DNA of 57,180 nt from an uncultured Pseudomonadales bacterium (GCA_964583625.1 CAZOVA010000004.1:1-57180); one strand, 5' to 3'. Shown: positions 8,284 through 18,220, numbered from the stretch's first letter. Notes: generated from the sequence alone by a model not told the origin. Numbers and translations: made by a program.

Positions 8284-9354
8284 TTATAACATATCCTCAA
8301 TTCGCTTTTTTAATTCAGTGAACAAATCTTTTTCTGGGACACTAGCAACTACTTTTCCTTTGACAAAAATAATCCCCATGCCATTGCCCCCAGCAATCCC
8401 AATATCTGCTTCACTAGCCTCTCCTGGACCGTTGACAGCACAACCCATCACTGCCACTGTCAGCGGTTTTTTAATTTTTTGTAAATAGTCTTCCACTTTT
8501 TTGGCCACTGGTAGTAAATCCCATTGTGTCCGTGAACAAGTGGGGCAGGAAATAACAATCGGCTCATTTTGACGTAAACCTAAATGTTTTAATATCTCTT
8601 TTCCAATTCTAATTTCCTCAACATTATCACCAGTCATAGAAACTCTTATTGTGTCGCCAATGCCTTGTAATAATAAACTACCAATGCCAATACTAGATTT
8701 GACGGTGCTACTCAAAAAACTACCAGCCTCAGTCACTCCGAGATGAACTGGATAAGAAAATCTTTGGGCAAAAAGTTCATAAGCACGCACCATTAACTCA
8801 ACTCTGCTAGCTTTGAGCGACACGACAATCTGCTCATAGTCTAAATCTTCCAAGATTTTAATATGTGAAGCAGCACTTTCCACTAAAGCTTCTGCTGTTG
8901 GATGACCACCATATTTTTGGAGCAAGTCTTTTTGCAAACTACCAGCATTCACTCCAATTCGAATTGGCACTTGTCTTTTTTTCGCTTCTGTTACCACCAG
9001 CTCTACTTTATCCCGCCCTCCGATATTGCCAGGATTGAGGCGCAATTTATCTATCCCTTGTGCCAAAGCTTCCAAAGCAAAGCGATAATCAAAGTGAATG
9101 TCCGCTACCAAAGGAATATGAATTCTTTTTTTAATCGCTTTGATATTACGAACGCTCTCCAAATCTAAAAAACCAATCCTAACTAGATCACAACCCGCTT
9201 CTTCCAAAGCAAGAATTTGTTTAACACAAGCCTCAACGTCATGAGCATCAGCTTTCACCATAGACTGAATACTCACAGGAGCTCCGCCCCCAATTTTTAT
9301 GTTTCCCACTTGAACTTGTTTAGTTTCTCTACGCTTCATAAACACTTTCTTCAT
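8284..9354 (-). CDS. ispG: (E)-4-hydroxy-3-methylbut-2-enyl-diphosphate synthase
   Basis: GGGAPVSIQSM, PLVADIHFDY, RLNPGNIG, RIGVNAGSL, HLGVTEAG, GIGDTIRVS, SCPTCSRT, VMGCAVNGPGEA. Confidence 0.97.
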   Translation of the reverse strand: MKKVFMKRRETKQVQVGNIKIGGGAPVSIQSMVKADAHDVEACVKQILALEEAGCDLVRIGFLDLESVRNIKAIKKRIHIPLVADIHFDYRFALEALAQGIDKLRLNPGNIGGRDKVELVVTEAKKRQVPIRIGVNAGSLQKDLLQKYGGHPTAEALVESAASHIKILEDLDYEQIVVSLKASRVELMVRAYELFAQRFSYPVHLGVTEAGSFLSSTVKSSIGIGSLLLQGIGDTIRVSMTGDNVEEIRIGKEILKHLGLRQNEPIVISCPTCSRTQWDLLPVAKKVEDYLQKIKKPLTVAVMGCAVNGPGEASEADIGIAGGNGMGIIFVKGKVVASVPEKDLFTELKKRIEDML

Positions 9355-9378
9355 CCTAAAACGGATTATGCTGGATAG

Positions 9379-10284
9379 CTATCTAATGATTTTTACTTCT
9401 GGTTCTAAAGTGAGAGCAAAAACTTTTTCAATTTTATTTCTTATCTGCTCACTTAACTCCAAAACGTCCTGACTGGTAGCCTCACCTAAATTAATAATAA
9501 AGGCTGCATGCTTATGACTAATAGCTGCTCCTCCTACCTGCAAACCCTTTAAACCAGCCTGTTCGATTAAAAAACCAGCCGAAATTTTTTCTGCTTGAGC
9601 AAACTGAGGAAAGAGAGTTCTTAATGAATCATTGAGAGGAGGGTTTTGCCAAAAACAGCCAGCACTAGGCTGATCTAATGGTTGAGTTTCTTTCCTTTTT
9701 TCAGCTGTTTGTCGGGCTTTTTCAGTTATTAGGTCAATTTGATGAGTTTTTTTAAGTCTTAAAATAACACTCATAATGACCGTTTGATTTTTTTGGAAAA
9801 ATGACTGATCATAAGCAAATTCTAAATCCTTTTTTGCTTTAGTCATGACTTTTCCTGTTTGAAGATCGAGATAGGTGACCGACTCAATTATGTCACTCAA
9901 AAAGCTTCGCTCAAAATGAGCATTATTCCAAATCGCTCCGCCAATCGTCCCAGGTAAACTAGCAAAATTTTCTAAACCTTGAAAACCAAGTTTTATCATT
10001 TCCCAAGAAAAAAGAGCCATTTTTTCTCCAGCCCAAACTGAAACTCGATCGTTTGTCAATAAATTCCAGCCTTGACCAGAAGTTATTTGCCAAACACAAT
10101 CTAGGTTTCTATCGGGTAAAAGGACATTACTAAATCCTCCAAAAACTAAGGGTTGCAGCCTTTTTTCCTGACAAACAGACCAGGCTTCCAGTAAGGCTTT
10201 CTCCTGATTAAGAGCCCAAAAAAAACGGGCCAAACCGCCAATCTTAAAAGTAGTTTTTTCTTTCAAACTGATGTTTTCTTGCAT
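9379..10284 (-). CDS. murB: UDP-N-acetylenolpyruvoylglucosamine reductase
   Basis: TTFKIGGLA, GGFSNVL, LPGTIGGAIWNNA, QPLDQPSAGCFWQNP, SHKHAAFIINLG, LEPEV. Confidence 0.95.
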   Translation of the reverse strand: MQENISLKEKTTFKIGGLARFFWALNQEKALLEAWSVCQEKRLQPLVFGGFSNVLLPDRNLDCVWQITSGQGWNLLTNDRVSVWAGEKMALFSWEMIKLGFQGLENFASLPGTIGGAIWNNAHFERSFLSDIIESVTYLDLQTGKVMTKAKKDLEFAYDQSFFQKNQTVIMSVILRLKKTHQIDLITEKARQTAEKRKETQPLDQPSAGCFWQNPPLNDSLRTLFPQFAQAEKISAGFLIEQAGLKGLQVGGAAISHKHAAFIINLGEATSQDVLELSEQIRNKIEKVFALTLEPEVKIIR

Positions 10285-10358
10285 CGGTGATTATTATACC
10301 ATCTCGGCAATCTTGATATAAGCTTTAATCAAAGTTTTATCCGTTTTAACAAAAAAAT

Positions 10359-10712
10359 CTAATCGAATAAGTTAGCGGGGATAATTTTTTTTGGTCGTCT
10401 TTTTTTCATTTTTACCTCTCGATCGGGATTTTTTCCTGCTTGCTTCCAGCTGAGACGTAATTGTTTGATTTTCCACATAAATAATTTGGCTTTACTTTCT
10501 GCCTGAGAGTCAATGACAAAAGAGAAAGCTTCTTCAATTAATCCTGGTTGAAGTTTTTTACATAAACTCAAATAGATAGTTTTGTTTTTCTGATCATCCA
10601 AAGCCGTGGCCAATTGAAGAGCTCGTAACTGTTCTGGGGTATTAATGTGACGATTAACTTCTTGTTGTTTGTATTTTTCTATCAGACTGGGATTGATTTT
10701 TTCTAAAGCCAT
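10359..10712 (-). CDS. Hypothetical basic helical protein
   Basis: 117 aa ORF overlapping the pth stop; likely co-transcribed. Confidence 0.7.
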   Translation of the reverse strand: MALEKINPSLIEKYKQQEVNRHINTPEQLRALQLATALDDQKNKTIYLSLCKKLQPGLIEEAFSFVIDSQAESKAKLFMWKIKQLRLSWKQAGKNPDREVKMKKRRPKKIIPANLFD

Positions 10713-11242
10713 GTTAGAAGTTCCTGATTGACCGCGGGAAATGTTTCGTCGTGCAAAATCTGTAATTCCTGATTGCTTAGATTTTGTAAAACATAGTCAG
10801 CACCAGGAATTCTTTTTTCTCTTAGTCGACGACTATCGGTTCCTAAGCGAATTTGTAAAAAATTATCAGTTTTTAAAACTTGACGAATATGGAGCAAGCC
10901 ATTGTGCTCTCTTGGTCCTTTGTGAGCAATTTTAAAATGACCAAAGGGGAGATCTAAATCATCATAAGCTAAAATTAAATCCTCTTGAAAATTAAGACGA
11001 TAAAAATGACAAATTTTACCTACACTTTCGCCAGACAAATTCATAAAGGTTTGCGGTTGTAATAAAAAAACTTCTTGCCCATCAAACTCTCCTTTACTCA
11101 GCAAAGCTTTGAACTTTTTTTCCTCTTTCCAAGAGGAAAAATGATAGTCTTTTTGTAATTGACTAGTGTAGAGAAAACCCAAATTATGCCTCGTCTTTTC
11201 ATAACTAATTCCAGGATTGCCCAGACCAACAATAATTTTCAT
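10703..11242 (-). CDS. pth: Peptidyl-tRNA hydrolase
   Basis: IVGLGNPG, TRHNLGF, PQTFMNLSG, DDLDLP, HNGL. The second ATG is preferred because TTGACA-16-TAAGAT lies 7 nt upstream of it. Confidence 0.95.
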   Translation of the reverse strand: MKIIVGLGNPGISYEKTRHNLGFLYTSQLQKDYHFSSWKEEKKFKALLSKGEFDGQEVFLLQPQTFMNLSGESVGKICHFYRLNFQEDLILAYDDLDLPFGHFKIAHKGPREHNGLLHIRQVLKTDNFLQIRLGTDSRRLREKRIPGADYVLQNLSNQELQILHDETFPAVNQELLTWL

Positions 11243-11323
11243 CTTTTTCATCTTAGCAATTTTTGTCTACTTGTCAAGGAGACAAAACTAAGTTAAAATG
11301 TGACTGGAACTAAGAATTAACTT

Positions 11324-14014
11324 ATGAGACGGAAACTTTTTTTATTATCAGCTTTAATTCTCACTGGCCTTTTTTTATTTTCTTTGAAAACAGAGGCTCA
11401 ACCAATAACCGAAGAATCAACCACTTATTTTTCCGCTGAAGTGGTCCTGCCAGACGATAACCAACCAACGGCTCCAGTTTTACATAGTCCTGCCGACAAG
11501 AGTGTACTTTATCAGCAAACCCCAGTTTTTACCTGGTATGAGAGTCAAGACGACCAAAAGGTTTTAGGTTATTTTTTTCATCTCTCTAGTCAGGCAGGGG
11601 AAAGTGTTTACAATTTTCAAAAAAATATTACCGACCCAGAAACCAATAGTGATTATCGAGTTTGGTATGAAAATGGTCTTTGGTATTTGCAATTACTTTC
11701 ACCTTTGCCTTGGGATCAATACCACTGGGAAGTGACCGCTTATGATTATAGTTATCAAGTTAAGAGTCAAACTTGGAGTCTAACTCTGCAAAAGAGAGAA
11801 CCGCCAACCAATAAAGATACCACCACTCCTGGTCTAACTTTTGACTGTCAAAAGGATAGTTTAATCGGAAAAATTCACTTGCTCTCGCCAAAAGACTCTC
11901 TTAGTACGGCTAAACCAGCCCTCGTTTTCAGTTTTCCTCAAGGAGCAAAGCCCCTCAAAGCAGATATTTATCTTAATGAACAGCTGATCTTTGCTCAAGT
12001 TAGCTTGGTAGCCTCTTACCAAAATAGTTCTTATTTAGTCAACCTCGATCAAGGCCAGGAAAGAATTATTATTCAGCCTCTCCACGAATTTATTGATCTA
12101 AGTCAAGAAAATCAGATCAAAGTAATTTTTACTGACACTGACAACTGCCAAACAGCTCTCACCGGTGGACTTTTATTAACTGATGGAAGCCAACCAGAAC
12201 AGACGGTTATCATTCCACAACTAATTTCCCCTCAACATAATTCTGTTGGTTCCGATCGAATAACCAATTTTTCTTGGAAAATTAATTCTCCTTTATCTCA
12301 TTTACAAAAACAGGTCTTTTTTCTCAATAATCGAGGGCTTTTTACTTTAGGACCAAATAGTCAAGATAATGATGACTATACTTATCAAATAGAAGATTTT
12401 GGTCACTATGTTCAATTTTTATTAAAATTGAAAAAAAATCAATATCAACTAGAAGATGAGCTTTTTTTATTTCAACCCAATGATCCCTCAAACCCTCAAG
12501 ATTATTATTCTTGGTCGATTACCGCCTTAGGTAAAAATAATTATCAAACCAAAAGCTCTACTTGGCGTTTTCGTTTTTTTCCCAAACTCACTGGCCAATA
12601 TGCTTGGTGTACTGATAAGCAAAGTTGCACTAGTGGTACTTTGGCTGATTGTTTAAAGTCGGGGAAAAACTGTTATTATCAAGACCAAAACCTCTGTTTA
12701 ACGCAGGCCAAAGTTGATTGCGGTGACAAGCCTCCACAAAAAACTTATTACTGGTGCGATAATCAAGAAAGATGTCTGGCTGGAACTCTACAAACTTGCG
12801 CGCAAAGTGGAAGAAATTGCTATATTGGCGATCTTTATCAAGAGTGTCAAAAGAACGCTGCTCAAGAGTGTGGTGATGAGGGTCAATATTTCTGGTGTCA
12901 TTCCAATTTAACTTGCCAAACGGGAAGCCTACAAGAATGTGCTAACTCTGGTAAAGACTGTTATAAACAAAATAGCCCTCGACAAACCTGCCCTGCTGAA
13001 GTTAGAACTCACTGTCAACCAGTTGGCGGACCACTAACTAAAACCTTTTGGGGACAATTTATCTCTTTGCCCTTTAATCTCTTTGATTGGTGGCAAAACT
13101 TAGGTCTATCTTGGTCGCAAGTGCAGGCTTTGGAAGAATTTTTAGCTCGAAATATGCCTTTTGTTTCTTTGGCGATTTTTTTACCCTTGGCTTTACTTTT
13201 TATCTTTTTCCCCAGACCAAAAGGTTTGGTCTTTAATCAAAAAAATCGCCAGGGCTGTCAAGGTTCTTTGGTAATTGTTCAAAAGGACGGTCAATTTTAC
13301 CAGGCTAGTTTAACTGATAAATATGGCTTTTATGATGGCTTCAGATTGCCAAAGGGTAAATATCAATTAATAGTGGCTCATCCTTATTTAATTTTTCCCA
13401 GCCAAACCAAAGAGTTGAGGAAAAATCAAAAATATTTTTATCAAGGAGAAGTCTTTCAGTCTCGTTCACAATTTTTTTCTTTTATTACTTATCAGATTCC
13501 CCTTGATTTGCCCAAAGAACAAAAAGCGAAAGCTTTAGCTAAAAAATTCTTAACTCAAGATTTGTTTGGTTGGCGCTTGCTTTTGAGTAAAATAGCCAAC
13601 TCTCTTTATTTTTGTTGGCCGCTAGCTTTTTTACTTCATTTATTTCTCACTTTGCTCTATCCCTCATTGCTCAATTTTATTATTTTGGCCATTTTTGTTC
13701 TTGGTGGCTTAGCTCGTCTTTTGGCAAAAATTAAAAAATTTAATTTTTCAACTTTTGTTTTTGATCATAAAGGTAAAGCTTTGGGGTCTTTTCCTTTAGA
13801 TTTTTACTTTGCTGCAAATAAAAAATTGATAATGAGAACTAAAACCGACCAAAAAGGTTTTTTGAAAATTCTTTTACATTCAAAATTTACTTATTTTCTG
13901 CAGAGTGAAGGGGCAAATTTTATAGAAGAGGACGGTAAAACAGCCAAAGTAGAATTTTCTTTTGCTCAAGAGAGCCAACAAAATTTAGTTCTGGTGGCTA
14001 AAAAGAAAAAGTAA
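11324..14014 (+). CDS. Large membrane-anchored surface protein: Ig/Fn3-like modules, triple Cys-rich repeat, TM helices, carboxypeptidase-regulatory-like domains
   Basis: Signal peptide (AEA-like TEA/Q), three modules beginning L(H/L/I)SP, 18 Cys in three repeats, hydrophobic helices, TDKYGFY and TDQKGF motifs. Confidence 0.8.
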   Translation: MRRKLFLLSALILTGLFLFSLKTEAQPITEESTTYFSAEVVLPDDNQPTAPVLHSPADKSVLYQQTPVFTWYESQDDQKVLGYFFHLSSQAGESVYNFQKNITDPETNSDYRVWYENGLWYLQLLSPLPWDQYHWEVTAYDYSYQVKSQTWSLTLQKREPPTNKDTTTPGLTFDCQKDSLIGKIHLLSPKDSLSTAKPALVFSFPQGAKPLKADIYLNEQLIFAQVSLVASYQNSSYLVNLDQGQERIIIQPLHEFIDLSQENQIKVIFTDTDNCQTALTGGLLLTDGSQPEQTVIIPQLISPQHNSVGSDRITNFSWKINSPLSHLQKQVFFLNNRGLFTLGPNSQDNDDYTYQIEDFGHYVQFLLKLKKNQYQLEDELFLFQPNDPSNPQDYYSWSITALGKNNYQTKSSTWRFRFFPKLTGQYAWCTDKQSCTSGTLADCLKSGKNCYYQDQNLCLTQAKVDCGDKPPQKTYYWCDNQERCLAGTLQTCAQSGRNCYIGDLYQECQKNAAQECGDEGQYFWCHSNLTCQTGSLQECANSGKDCYKQNSPRQTCPAEVRTHCQPVGGPLTKTFWGQFISLPFNLFDWWQNLGLSWSQVQALEEFLARNMPFVSLAIFLPLALLFIFFPRPKGLVFNQKNRQGCQGSLVIVQKDGQFYQASLTDKYGFYDGFRLPKGKYQLIVAHPYLIFPSQTKELRKNQKYFYQGEVFQSRSQFFSFITYQIPLDLPKEQKAKALAKKFLTQDLFGWRLLLSKIANSLYFCWPLAFLLHLFLTLLYPSLLNFIILAIFVLGGLARLLAKIKKFNFSTFVFDHKGKALGSFPLDFYFAANKKLIMRTKTDQKGFLKILLHSKFTYFLQSEGANFIEEDGKTAKVEFSFAQESQQNLVLVAKKKK
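12599..13018 (+). repeat. Three tandem ~45 aa protein repeats YxWC-x5-C-x2-G[TS]L-x2-C-x2-SG[KR][ND]CY...C-x7-C
   Basis: Read directly from the translation (aa ~426-565). Confidence 0.9.
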
Positions 14015-14058
14015 ATATTTAGTTTACTGATTGCTTAAAAATTTATCTGGAAATTATT

Positions 14059-14757
14059 TTAACGTCTTGCCTTGACTAGCCCAGCGATATTAGCGACTAC
14101 TTGATCGATATTAAGATGCGTAGTGTCCAAAACAATAGCGTCGGGCACTATGGTGAGTGGGTCGGTTTCACGATTCATATCCCAATAATCTCTTTCCTCA
14201 ATATTCTTTTTTACTGCCTCGTAGTCCAAGCTTTTTTCTAAATCTTTATTTTGTTCAAATCGTCGACGCACTCTTTCCTCCAAATCAGCCGTTAAATAAA
14301 GTTTTAATTGCGCTTGAGGTAAAACACGCAGACCAATATCTCGTCCCTCCATCACTACATTAAACTTTTTAGCTAAGTTTTGTTGTTTTTTTACCAAGAC
14401 TTCACGAATTTTGGGGAGAGTGGCCGACTTTGAAGCTGCTTGACTAATTTCGGTCAAACGAATTTGATCAGAAATGTCTTCACCATTGAGACTGACCAAA
14501 GTTTTCAGTTCACCATTTTCATCAGTAATATTTTGCAAATGCATCTTGGCTTTTTGTAAGAGACTGGCAAACTCTTCTTGATGAGCTAAATCAAGCGGTA
14601 AATTATTTTTCAAAGCTAAGAAGGCCGCCGCTCGATACATCGCCCCAGTATCGACATAAAGGAAGTGGAGCTGTGAGGCTAATTTTTTCGCGACGGTGCC
14701 TTTACCAGCTGCTACTGGTCCATCAATGGCAATTTGAAAAAATTTATTCAACTTCAT
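14059..14757 (-). CDS. cmk: Cytidylate kinase
   Basis: IAIDGPVAAGKGT, YVDTGAMYRA, VMEGRDIG, DTTHLNIDQV. Confidence 0.96.
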   Translation of the reverse strand: MKLNKFFQIAIDGPVAAGKGTVAKKLASQLHFLYVDTGAMYRAAAFLALKNNLPLDLAHQEEFASLLQKAKMHLQNITDENGELKTLVSLNGEDISDQIRLTEISQAASKSATLPKIREVLVKKQQNLAKKFNVVMEGRDIGLRVLPQAQLKLYLTADLEERVRRRFEQNKDLEKSLDYEAVKKNIEERDYWDMNRETDPLTIVPDAIVLDTTHLNIDQVVANIAGLVKARR

Positions 14758-14841
14758 ACTTAAAACTCCTTAAATTTTTTTTGATTTATATTATAACTAG
14801 ACAAACTCAAAGCCGACTTCTTATTATATAATAATGTTGCC

Positions 14842-15279
14842 ATGTTATTACTAGTAAACAAGCGGGCTAATTTTGATTATACTATTTTGAAAAAAATAGT
14901 CGCTGGTTTAGTTCTAACTGGAGCAGAAGTAAAAAGCTTACGGGAAAAGAAAGGCAGTTTGCAAGGAAGCTTTGTACAAATTGTGGGCGAGGAAGCTGTT
15001 TTGCTCAATGCTCAAATCAATCCCTATCCCTTTGCTGATAATCGTGATTATGATCCCAAAAGAACGAGAAAACTACTCTTGCATAAAAGAGAGATTTTCA
15101 ATCTGCAAATTGAATTGAGTCAGAAAGGTTTTAGTTTGATTCCTCTAAAAATTTTTACTTTGGGAAAAAGAATAAAAATAGAAATTGGCGTTGCTAGAGG
15201 AAAGAAACAGTTTGAAAAAAGAGAGAAAATCAAACAGAGAGATTGGCAGAGGGAGCAGGCAAGAGCCTCTCATTATTAA
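14842..15279 (+). CDS. smpB: SsrA-binding protein
   Basis: NKRANFDY, GLVLTGAEVKSLR, RTRKLLLHKREI, KKQFEKREKIK. Confidence 0.96.
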   Translation: MLLLVNKRANFDYTILKKIVAGLVLTGAEVKSLREKKGSLQGSFVQIVGEEAVLLNAQINPYPFADNRDYDPKRTRKLLLHKREIFNLQIELSQKGFSLIPLKIFTLGKRIKIEIGVARGKKQFEKREKIKQRDWQREQARASHY

Positions 15280-15403
15280 CTAAAAAATTTAATATTAAAT
15301 AAAAGACAAATTACTACTTGACACCAAAGAAAAATAGATTACACTATCAAGCACTACAAATTTAAAATTGCTTTAGCAAGCATAAATTAAGAAAGGATTG
15401 TTT

Positions 15404-15679
15404 ATGACCAAAAGCCAACTAATTGGCATTGTGGCGAAAAAAGCAAGAATGTCCAAACGAGCCGCCGAAGAAATTATGAATATTCTTTTTGAGGAAATGA
15501 GTAAGTCTTTGGTTAAAGGAGAGAAGGTAGTTTTGTCAAACTTTGGAACTTTTTATATTAGCAAAGTTAAAGATAAAGAAGTTGTTCCTTTCGGTAAAGA
15601 AGAAAAAAGGCAGACTATTAAAGCACATAAAGTTGTCAATTTCCGTCCTGGCAAATCCTTAAAAAAAGAAGTCTGGTAA
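15404..15679 (+). CDS. hup: HU family DNA-binding protein
   Basis: MTKSQLI...GEKVVLSNFGTF...VNFRPGKSLKK. SD AAGGA and TTGACA-16-TACACT lie upstream. Confidence 0.88.
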   Translation: MTKSQLIGIVAKKARMSKRAAEEIMNILFEEMSKSLVKGEKVVLSNFGTFYISKVKDKEVVPFGKEEKRQTIKAHKVVNFRPGKSLKKEVW

Positions 15680-15706
15680 AAGATTAATTTATTTTAGAAA
15701 AAAAAC

Positions 15707-15735
15707 AACCCCATCTTTAACAAGATGGGGTTTTT
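15707..15735 (+). terminator. Rho-independent terminator after HU
   Basis: AACCCCATCTT-TAAC-AAGATGGGGTT followed by TTT. Confidence 0.85.
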
Positions 15736-15838
15736 CCTAAATCAATAAATGTTTTATTTAATGATCACTTAAGTCTACTTTTGGGATTAGCGCTTATGTG
15801 TTATAATACTCCTCTTGAAAAAGATTTAGAAAGAAAGT

Positions 15839-16042
15839 ATGGCTAGTAAGAAAAAAGGACCACGACAGTTAATCGGTTTGCAGTGTAGCGTTTGCAAAAC
15901 TTTTGGATATGTCACCACTTACAATCGCAATAATGAAATTGCCAAAAAACAAAGTGGTGAAAAAGAAACTTTTCCCTTGAATAAGTATTGCGCTCGCTGT
16001 CGCAAACACACTGTTCATAAAACTTTAAAAAAGTTAAAGTAA
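15839..16042 (+). CDS. rpmG: 50S ribosomal protein L33 (Zn-binding form)
   Basis: LQCSVC...YVTTYNR...LNKYCARCRKHTVH. Confidence 0.93.
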   Translation: MASKKKGPRQLIGLQCSVCKTFGYVTTYNRNNEIAKKQSGEKETFPLNKYCARCRKHTVHKTLKKLK

Positions 16043-16078
16043 TTTTTCTTTATCTTCTTTCGTGCTATAATGGTTTTC

Positions 16079-16468
16079 ATGAAAACCAAAAAACACACTT
16101 TTTTTGCCAGTGTTAGTTTCGCTTGGAGAGGGATTATTCACAACTTCAACCACGAACGACATATGCGTTTCCATTTGTATGCAACTTTATTGGCGACAAT
16201 TTTTGGTCTTTATTTTCGCCTCTCTCTTACAGAGTGGTTGATTCTTTTTATCTTTTTTGCCTTAATCCCAGCCTTAGAGCTTTTTAATACTGCTATTGAG
16301 GAAATTTGCAATACCGTGCGCGATCAATTAAAGCTTGATTATCAAGCCACAAAGTTTCCTCGAGATCTAGCCGCTGGCGCAGTTTTTTGGGCAAGTATTT
16401 TTGCTTTTATGGCAGGTCTGCTCATCTTTTTGCCAAAAATTATTAATCTCTGGCTTTCTTTTTATTGA
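16079..16468 (+). CDS. dgkA: Diacylglycerol/undecaprenol kinase (DgkA family)
   Basis: SFAWRGI...ERHMRFH, ELFNTAIEEICN, DLAAGAV. Confidence 0.9.
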   Translation: MKTKKHTFFASVSFAWRGIIHNFNHERHMRFHLYATLLATIFGLYFRLSLTEWLILFIFFALIPALELFNTAIEEICNTVRDQLKLDYQATKFPRDLAAGAVFWASIFAFMAGLLIFLPKIINLWLSFY

Positions 16469-16490
16469 GTAAAAATAATTTTGTTTTAAA

Positions 16491-17342
16491 ATGACTTACT
16501 TTCAGGCTCTAATTCTAGCAATCATTGAGGGTTTAACTGAATTTATCCCTGTTTCTTCCACCGCCAACTTACTTCTAGCTGACAAATTTTTAAATATCAG
16601 TCATCGAGAACTTTTTACTAGCTTTGTGATTTTTATTCAATTGGGAGCAATGTTGGCAGTTTTCGAGCTCTTTTGGCGAGAGTTTTGGCAACATAAAAAC
16701 CTGTGGCCAAAAATTATCAGTGCTTTTATTCCCACCGCTATTATTGGTTTTTTAGTCTATCCTATATTCAAAACATATTTACAAAATGCCTCACTTTTAA
16801 CTGGCTGGGTCTTGATTATTGGCGGCCTTTTTTTCAGTGCTTTGGATTATTATTGGTGGCAAAGAGATAAAAAAAAGGCCAAAGCTAAAACAACCACTTA
16901 TCAAACAGAAAATATTTATCTTCAAGAAATAGAAAAAACTTCATTAAAAAAAATGGCCTTAATCGGTATTGGACAAGCAATTGCTATTTTGCCTGGTGTT
17001 AGTCGAAGTGCCGCCTCCATTTTTAGTGCTAGAGCTCTTGGTTTATCACAAAAAGCGGCCACCAAATTTTCTTTTCTTATTGCCCTACCGACAATCGCTG
17101 CCGCAGTTGGTTTGGACTTGTTGCAAGAAGGGTATAAATACCATCAATTAGAAGACCAAAAAATTAGCCTTTTAACTGAAAAAGGAAACTGGTTAATTTT
17201 AATTTTTGGGATTTTGGTGGCCTTTGTCGTCTCACGTCTAACTATCAAATTCTTTATGCGTTTCTTAGGAGAAAAACGATTTTATTGGTGGGGGATTTAT
17301 CGTCTGATTATTGGTTTATTATGGTTGGGATTTTTTAGTTAA
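16491..17342 (+). CDS. uppP: Undecaprenyl-diphosphatase (BacA/UppP)
   Basis: EGLTEFIPVSST, IQLGAMLAV, QAIAILPGVSRS, FSFLIALP. Confidence 0.94.
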   Translation: MTYFQALILAIIEGLTEFIPVSSTANLLLADKFLNISHRELFTSFVIFIQLGAMLAVFELFWREFWQHKNLWPKIISAFIPTAIIGFLVYPIFKTYLQNASLLTGWVLIIGGLFFSALDYYWWQRDKKKAKAKTTTYQTENIYLQEIEKTSLKKMALIGIGQAIAILPGVSRSAASIFSARALGLSQKAATKFSFLIALPTIAAAVGLDLLQEGYKYHQLEDQKISLLTEKGNWLILIFGILVAFVVSRLTIKFFMRFLGEKRFYWWGIYRLIIGLLWLGFFS

Positions 17343-17427
17343 AGAGTTTGAGTTTTTAAAAATAAAATTTATTAAAAAATTTAATCCTCTCTTATCTCTG
17401 AGAAAATTGTTTTATAATAGATGATTA

Positions 17428-18084
17428 ATGCAAATTAATCTCCTTACTACTGTTCCTGAATACTTTGAAAGTGTGCTACAAGCCTCTATTATTGGTCGGG
17501 CTATTAATAAAAAGAAGGTTAAATTTGAAATTCTCTGTCTCCGTGATTTTGCTCCTGGTAGAATTAAAAAAATAGTCGACGACAAGCCCTATGGTGGGGG
17601 AGCGGGCATGATTCTGAAAGTTGAACCAATATACAAAGCTTTGCAAGCATTAAAAAGACAAAAGTCATTGGGACAAGTTTTTCTTACTAGTGCTAAAGGG
17701 GAGATTTTTTGTCAAAAAACTGCTCATCTTTGGTCTCAATTAAATTATCTGACTCTTATTTGCGGCCACTATGAAGGAGTAGATGAAAGAATCTTATCTT
17801 TTATTGATGGAGAAATTTCTTTGGGTAAATTTGTGCTCACTGGTGGCGAGGCAGCAGCTGCGGCTATGATTGACGCCACTGTTCGCTTATTACCAGAAGT
17901 TTTAGGTAATCCTGAGAGCTTAAAAGAGGAATCTTTTCAACAAAATAGCTTGGAATATCCACAATATACTCGACCAGAGGACTTTTTAGGACTAAAGGTC
18001 CCAGAAGTTTTATTGAGTGGCCACCATGCCGAAATAGAAGCGTGGAGAAAAAAACATCGTCAATCACTTAAAAAGAAAAACTAA
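17428..18084 (+). CDS. trmD: tRNA (guanine37-N1)-methyltransferase
   Basis: VDDKPYGGGAGMIL, ICGHYEGVDER, SLGKFVLTGGE, LEYPQYTRP, VLLSGHH. Confidence 0.97.
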   Translation: MQINLLTTVPEYFESVLQASIIGRAINKKKVKFEILCLRDFAPGRIKKIVDDKPYGGGAGMILKVEPIYKALQALKRQKSLGQVFLTSAKGEIFCQKTAHLWSQLNYLTLICGHYEGVDERILSFIDGEISLGKFVLTGGEAAAAAMIDATVRLLPEVLGNPESLKEESFQQNSLEYPQYTRPEDFLGLKVPEVLLSGHHAEIEAWRKKHRQSLKKKN

Positions 18085-18220
18085 AAAAACCACTTAGGTT
18101 GGCATTTTCTTTTATAATTTTATTTAAAAAAACCTTCCTTTTATTAAGGATAAAATTTATTCTTTTCGGCTCTTTTTTCACCGAAGGATTTTTGTTATAA
18201 TGATAGTCTTATAAATTTTT

